Source: Octopus vulgaris
Lineage: Eukaryota
Assembly: GCA_951406725.2 (NCBI GenBank)
Contig: OX597828.1
Span: 29,698,001-29,762,000, forward strand
Length of the DNA: 64,000 bases
Direction: 5' to 3'
Part shown: piece by piece, positions 57,962-64,000 of the stretch
Layout of the letters: each line of letters opens with the position of its first letter
Position numbering within the stretch: the stretch's first letter is position 1
Notes under the pieces: generated by a model
Databases searched by the model: none
Seen by the model: the letters and a program-made list of their open reading frames with translations, nothing else
Told to the model about the DNA's origin: nothing
Program-made: the position numbers and the translations under genes

Positions 57962-58527
57962 TAATATTTAGTGAGAGAGCAGCGCATGCCATCAAAATGA
58001 CACTGGGGTACAAATATACGAAGTCCAATATACCCATCATGACATCCTGTCTGATAATGGTACATCAGACATAGGTATCACAACCATATGTACGTGACAT
58101 GGTGATCTCATATCAAGATAAACAGCGCATAACCTTGCAAGTGGAGCTCAGTAAGAATTTTCTTCTGCTCGAGTAGCCTAGCCCATTCAAAAGGTCCTTG
58201 AATATGACTTGTTTGAGGATGTTGAATGAAATACCCATATTTCCAGAGGTGAATTATTCAAACCTCAAAACATTCCTCTCCACACATGGCTATGATGCTC
58301 CCCGGCTACTTCTGTTCGTGATCAGAGACTCGCATGTTTTCAGCCACCAAGGGACATGCTCAACTGGTTAAGGTCAAACAACTGACAGGTAAATCTGTTG
58401 TATTGAACAGAATATTTTCTGTAGTTCATCATTTATACCAAGAAAAGCATGTAAATGATAACACTTTCAATGAGTTAAGACCAGAAGCCATGAAAGACTC
58501 TGCTTGGTACTGCATCAGGGCGTTATG
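57962..58527 (-). mobile_element. Unclassified retroposon-like repeat ending in a (TAA)/(TGA)n tail
   Basis: Higher-complexity block abutting a trinucleotide tail. No second copy in the window. Confidence 0.35.
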
Positions 58528-58548
58528 ATTTTTTAAAATTTTATTTTC

Positions 58549-58905
58549 ATTTCACTGTGCGCGTAAGCGAAAGCAAGGTGTTTTAGTCGCTCGACTTTGT
58601 GTGTTTGCAAAATAACGGGAAAACGGCCGAATGGAATTTCACCAAATTTGGCTGAAATACTCATTGGCTCGAATGGCTCGAACTCGTCATTTTAGTTTGA
58701 TTATCTTCAAAAATGGCGGACGGGTGAATTAAAATGTTTTTTTTCTTCTTTCTTTGTTACATATGCACAAACGATAAACAGGGGAAATAACTGTTGATGT
58801 AATTTTGTTGAAATATGAATTCGACTGCGATTACTCAATTAAATTTTATTCTATTATTGTGTGCGCAGGAAGTGTATGCATCGCCCGTCCGATGCTGTTT
58901 CTTTT
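58549..58905 (+). mobile_element. Helentron/HINE (DINE-1-like) non-autonomous element
   Basis: T-rich ends, sub-terminal inverted motif cactgtgcgc / gtgcgcaggaagtg, and 3' hairpin gcatcg-cccgtc-cgatgc. Confidence 0.5.
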
Positions 58906-58939
58906 CATTATTATCATTATTATTATAAGCATATTTAAC

Positions 58940-59450
58940 CTGGGGAGGGGCATTATGTCGGTAATAATAAACACACGCACTGGTTCGGTCCTTGATTGTT
59001 AGTTAATGGGTTAGTTACTCCGTTAACCAATTTATCGATCAGCCGGTTTTTTACTTGCTTTTCAAACTCATATGTTAAACACTTCGGTCAAACAGGTAAT
59101 CGTTCAAATGTTCAGAATTTTTAGTGTTATTTCTTTTTTTCTTGTCAAATAATTATTTCATTGCATTGTTGCAATCTCTTCAGTGACACGTCTCTCTACT
59201 TCGATTGTAATGAAATGGAAGTAGAGAGACGTGTCACTGAAGAGATTGCAACAATGTGATGAAATAATCATTTAATAAATAAAAAAAAAGAAGTGACAAC
59301 TCTAACAATACAGAACATTTGAACGATTAACTGTTTGGACAAAATCGATAAAATGGTTAACGGAGTAACTAACCCATTAAGTAACAATGACAATAAGGGA
59401 CCGAACCAGTGCGTGTGTTTATAATTACCGGCACAATGCCCTCCACCCCA
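58940..59450. mobile_element. Palindromic element of about 500 bp made of two divergent hammerhead-bearing units
   Basis: Arms are alignable over about 230 bp. The inner 39 bp (59164-59202 / 59218-59256) are a perfect inverted repeat. Confidence 0.85.
59143..59188 (-). ncRNA. Minimal type I hammerhead ribozyme motif
   Basis: tgtca-CTGAAGA-g-attgc-aacaat-gcaat-GAAA-T-AATT-ATT|tgaca. Stems I and II are perfect 5-bp stems and stem III is palindromic. Confidence 0.75.
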
Positions 59451-59629
59451 CCAAGGTTCAATGCTATTTCTTTCAAAACCCGAATTCACATCAAGAATCT
59501 TGCAAATCAAATACAAATACGAACTATTATAATCATTATTATTATTGAGCAGAAGTTTTTTGTTGCTCAAGGATCGACTATTAATGATAATGATGATAAT
59601 AATAAAATAATAATACTTTCTAGTAAAGG

Positions 59630-60043
59630 TACAAGGTCTGAAAATTTGGTGGAGGGGGCTAGTTGTTAATATCGTCCCCAGTGTTTCACCGGTACTATTT
59701 TATCGACCACAAAAGGATGAAAGATAAAGTCGATCTCGGTGGTATTTGAGCACCGAACATAAAGACGGTCGAAATACCGGTAAGCACCTTACCTGGCGTG
59801 CTAACGATTCTGCCAGCTGATCGACTAATCAACAACAACAACAATACTAATCGCATCAAATTTTGTCACAAGGGCAGCAATTTTGTGGGTGGAGGGTTAA
59901 ATCGATTACATACTTATTTTATCGACCCTCAAAAGGATGAAAGGTAAAGTTGACCTCGGTGGAATTTGAACTCAGAATGTAGTGGCAGACAAAATATCAC
60001 TAAGTACTTTGCGAAGCGTGCTAACGATTCTGCCGGCTCGCCA
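59630..60043 (-). mobile_element. Two diverged SINE family B copies
   Basis: Reverse-complement matches (ttatcgacc...aaaggatgaaag...gctaacgattctgcc) at about 59630-59820 and 59860-60043. Confidence 0.78.
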
Positions 60044-60075
60044 CATTAATAACAGCAACAACAACAACAATAATA

Positions 60076-60171
<96 letters not shown>

Positions 60172-60208
60172 GGACATGAGTTAAAATAATAAAATAAGAA
60201 CAATAATA

Positions 60209-60373
60209 GGCGCAGGAGTGGCTGTGTGGTAAGTAGCTTGCTAACCAACCACATGGTTTCGGGGTCAATCCCACTGCGTGGCATCTTGGGCAAGTGTCTT
60301 CTGCTATAGCCCCGGGCCGACCAATGCCTTGTGAGTGGATTTGGTAGACGGAAACTGAAAGAAGCCTGTCGTA

Positions 60374-60418
<45 letters not shown>

Positions 60419-60640
60419 TTGTGTGTCTGTGTTTGTTCCCCTAGCAATGCTTGACAACCGATGCTGGTGTGTTTACGTCCCTGTAACTTAGCGGTTTGGC
60501 AAAAAGACACCGATAGAATAAGTACTGGGCTTACAAAAAGATTAAGTCCCGGGGTCGAGTTGGTCGACTAAAGGCGGTGCTCCAGCATGGCCGCAGTCAA
60601 ATGACTGAAACAAGTAAAAGAGTAAAAGAGTAAAAGAGTA
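60209..60640 (+). mobile_element. SINE family A, full length
   Basis: Near-identical to 5646-6068. Confidence 0.92.
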
Positions 60641-62325
60641 TAATAATCGGTTACCATTCCACTGATGATCCCTATCCTTGTAGTCTGTTTATTGCTTCTG
60701 AGGATTTGACTCTGCTGTCGTCTTGGTATGGCTACCTATTCTTTTCGTCCATTCTCAGGCCAGCTCTCGTCGAGAATGTTTATTATGAAAAGCTTTAATG
60801 GTGTGTCCAATTCTCTTTCGTTATTGAGGACAGCATATTAAAATTTATCCTTGATATATAATTTGGCTGCCACCACTAGTCATCAGTCTTAGAAGTGAAT
60901 GAGATTGATTCCAACCTAGACGCGAAATCGCGACAGGAATTATCTTCCTAAATTTCATTTCACATCATCTCGAGAATGATATCACCATATCTATATCTTC
61001 ATCAACAGCATATATATTGTAGTTAATATTTAGCATATTTATGAAAGTATGGCGATATATAATACCCCAGTGTCCAATTGTTCTGTATTGACTATTCACC
61101 AACATGAAATATGAGTATTCGACAAGACATTAGTGTATGTTTCAAACAACTGAGGGAATCGAAAAATAATTCTTTGTGCGTTACCTGCAGAGATAAAATT
61201 CGAACGTTTTGCAAGAAGGGGATATCTTTAACTATAGAAATTTCTTCTTAAACCAAGACATGCGCATTTGGATATGCAGTAACATTAACAGCCACAATTC
61301 GACACAAAATTCTCTTTTCTCTTTCCCCTTAATGGTCATTAAGTGATATGGTCTGAACTAAGTTTCAGCTTTCTCTTTCAGTGATTATCAATCTTGGTTT
61401 CTTGCTACAAAAGCATTAAATTGAGAAGAAACGCTCAATGATTATTTCTTGACATCTATCTCGTGATTCACCGAACATTATTTTGTTGGTTTGTTTCAGA
61501 TTAGATTTTATTTCGCCATAGCAGTGACAACAGATTTCCGGAACAAATAAACAAAAATTGTCCTGTATAGTAGAAATTGTTCTATTGCTTTCATACCACT
61601 TTATGGTATGGACATTAAAAGCATTTAAGCGTTAAACCTATCTCTACGTGTAACACTGGAAGAAATATGCAGTGTTATATGATTTACACCTCAGAAAATG
61701 TGGGATCGAATCTAATTACAATTTCGTTTATCTAATTTCAACATATGTTTTATGTAAGCTATTTGCTCAGCGATACATTTCGACTTTTAATAAAAGATCT
61801 ATACGAACAAAGTGCGTTAAAAGAGCTGTGCAGGATTCAGTTGAAAGACAACAGTTTTAACCCAGTATGCCTAGATATATTTACCACCAGTTTTGTATGT
61901 AGGTACACATAATACCTGATATTACTGGGAAGTCTGTAATCAGTGTGGCAATAGTTTATAGTGTTGTGTTCAAATATTTGTATTGGTTTGGATTATTACA
62001 AGGACGGTCTTAACGAAGTTCATTTGCACGCGGTGCACATTTACAAACGACGTTCAATGAAGTGCTATCTTGAAACACACTTTAACACACTGCATATATA
62101 TATTTATACATTGAGATATTAGCTTAAAAACATTCAACATTCACTTATAAGGAAGTGATGCAATGTTGAGCAACGTTCAAAAGATAATACAAAATATAAC
62201 CTGGCTAATCTCTCTCTGAAACGATTGTCTCACAACTGTAATCTTGGCCATAGAAAGACAGATAAAGTATCCTACACTTCATCGAAAAGTTCACAACTGT
62301 TATGGTTTATCCTCATTTGAATATG

Positions 62326-62395
<70 letters not shown>

Positions 62396-62411
62396 TGTAT
62401 GTATAGGTATA

Positions 62412-62499
62412 TATATGAAATACAGTGTACATTTAAACACATTAAGAGGTTTCCATCATAGGAGGTTAATGTGTTTAAATGTACACTGTATTTTATATG
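62412..62499. repeat. Hairpin with 28-bp perfect arms and a 20-nt loop
   Basis: 62418-62445 is the reverse complement of 62466-62493. Confidence 0.9.
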
Positions 62500-62593
62500 A
62501 ATAATATATAGTCTATTGACTAATTTTTCTCTACGTTAGGTCACTGGTATTACCCTGATATTATTAATTCTCTCTCTATATATATTCTATAAT

Positions 62594-62672
<79 letters not shown>

Positions 62673-62700
62673 GTGTGTATGTGTGTATATATATATATAT

Positions 62701-62741
<41 letters not shown>

Positions 62742-62861
62742 AAAAGCAATTAAGATTCAAGTCAATTCCAATGAATTTACTTGAATGTGGTACTTAACTT
62801 AGATGCACCAGAAAACTATATGGTGTTAACCATACAGTAATGTGGGGTGATTTATATTCTC

Positions 62862-62903
<42 letters not shown>

Positions 62904-62907
<4 letters not shown>

Positions 62908-63446
62908 CAAAAGGGACATTAGCCATTTGAATGTGGCTAGGGACAGGGCAGGGCGGTGGGGGTGTTACTGATGCATTTAACCCCAGGCGATCATCAACGT
63001 CACCAGATAGGCTTGACACCATCACGGTGTCCTCTATCCTGCAAAGGGAGATCATTCCCCGAAGAAGCGGATGCCACATACGGACCCAGGTTTCAAGGTG
63101 TTTGCCTCTCGTCAACGTATTGTAGGCACCGCCCCTCGACGAACGACTCTCTGTGCAGGATATTTATATATAAATTTTCACGTAAATACATTTACTGATT
63201 TCGAAAATCTGTTCAACAGCAATAATAATTCTCTAAACGAGATATAGACAGTAACTGCTCCATAACAAAAGGGACATTAGCCATTTGAATGTGGCTAGGG
63301 ACAGGGCAGGGCGGTGGGGGTGTTACTGATGCATTTAACCCCAGGTGATCATCAACGTCACCAGATAGGAATGATCTCCCTTTGCAGGATAGAGGACACC
63401 GTGATGGTGTCAAGCCTATCTGGTGACGTTGATGATCGCCTGGGGC
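62904..63446 (-). mobile_element. Hammerhead-bearing 358-bp unit with partial tandem and inverted copies (PLE pLTR / retrozyme-like)
   Basis: 62904-63011 is repeated at 63262-63369. 63368-63445 is the reverse complement of about 62980-63058. The element abuts (TA)n. Confidence 0.8.
63078..63120 (-). ncRNA. Minimal type I hammerhead motif (C3U variant)
   Basis: atacg-TTGACGA-gagg-caaaca-cctt-GAAAC-ctgg-GTC|cgtat. Confidence 0.7.
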
Positions 63447-63589
63447 TTTCGTTGCTAATCTTCTACTGTGAGATCTAGATGTCATTTATAAAAGGGCGGA
63501 TAAAAAACAATATAAAATTAATGAAAGGAAATGCGAAGCCCTCTATTCTGAAACAGCTTGCGCTAACATGATGATACAAAAATACTTTG

Positions 63590-63960
63590 GGCCAAAAAGA
63601 GCGGCATATCAATGCGTGAACTGGGGATATATATGAACAACAAAGCCTCATTTCATGTGCATATCACTAAGTTGGTGATGTCCAGCCGAATGGCACGATG
63701 GATTCTGAGAACTTACATAATATGCCACTAGGAAACTATAATGGTTCTACGGAGAACAATTACTCTGACAGTCCGGAATGCTTCTCTGAACTCCAGGCAC
63801 TCCACAGTGTCAACTGAATAGCAGAACAAGAGGCAGTACAGGGTTGCTACACCAAGAAGATTGCTACACCAAGAAGACGGGAGAGATAGGGAGTAATATA
63901 TGTATGGAAGATCCTGGAAGGGTTGGCACCAATCTTTGGCATCAAACCCTCGAACTGAAC
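63590..63960 (+). mobile_element. CR1/L2-type LINE fragment
   Basis: RRRER*GVIYVWKILEGLAP resembles the RRERYxIIYxWKIxEG motif. Confidence 0.6.
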
Positions 63961-64000
63961 GTCAGTATACTGTTTCAAATGTCCCAGCTATTTCGTCTAG

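Overview
AT-rich, microsatellite-saturated eukaryotic non-coding DNA. The SINE families suggest an octopus or other cephalopod genome (inference). No host protein-coding gene, rRNA, bona fide tRNA or CRISPR array is supportable, and most ORFs in the track are microsatellite artefacts. The window is a patchwork of decayed mobile elements: three tRNA-derived SINE families, RTE and CR1/L2 LINE ends, mariner, Tc1, maT and Merlin transposase relics, a hAT MITE, Helitron/Helentron-like non-autonomous elements and Penelope-like element (PLE) GIY-YIG relics. The main signal is hidden RNA structure. About nine apparently unrelated short elements carry type I hammerhead ribozyme motifs, mostly minimal ones with a palindromic stem III. 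Three fold completely (46411-46461, 59143-59188, 63078-63120). Most of these elements sit in (TA)n tracts and/or in fold-back arrangements. One PLE-linked family joins a tRNA-derived Pol III head, an (AAT)n spacer and a hammerhead in a single unit.
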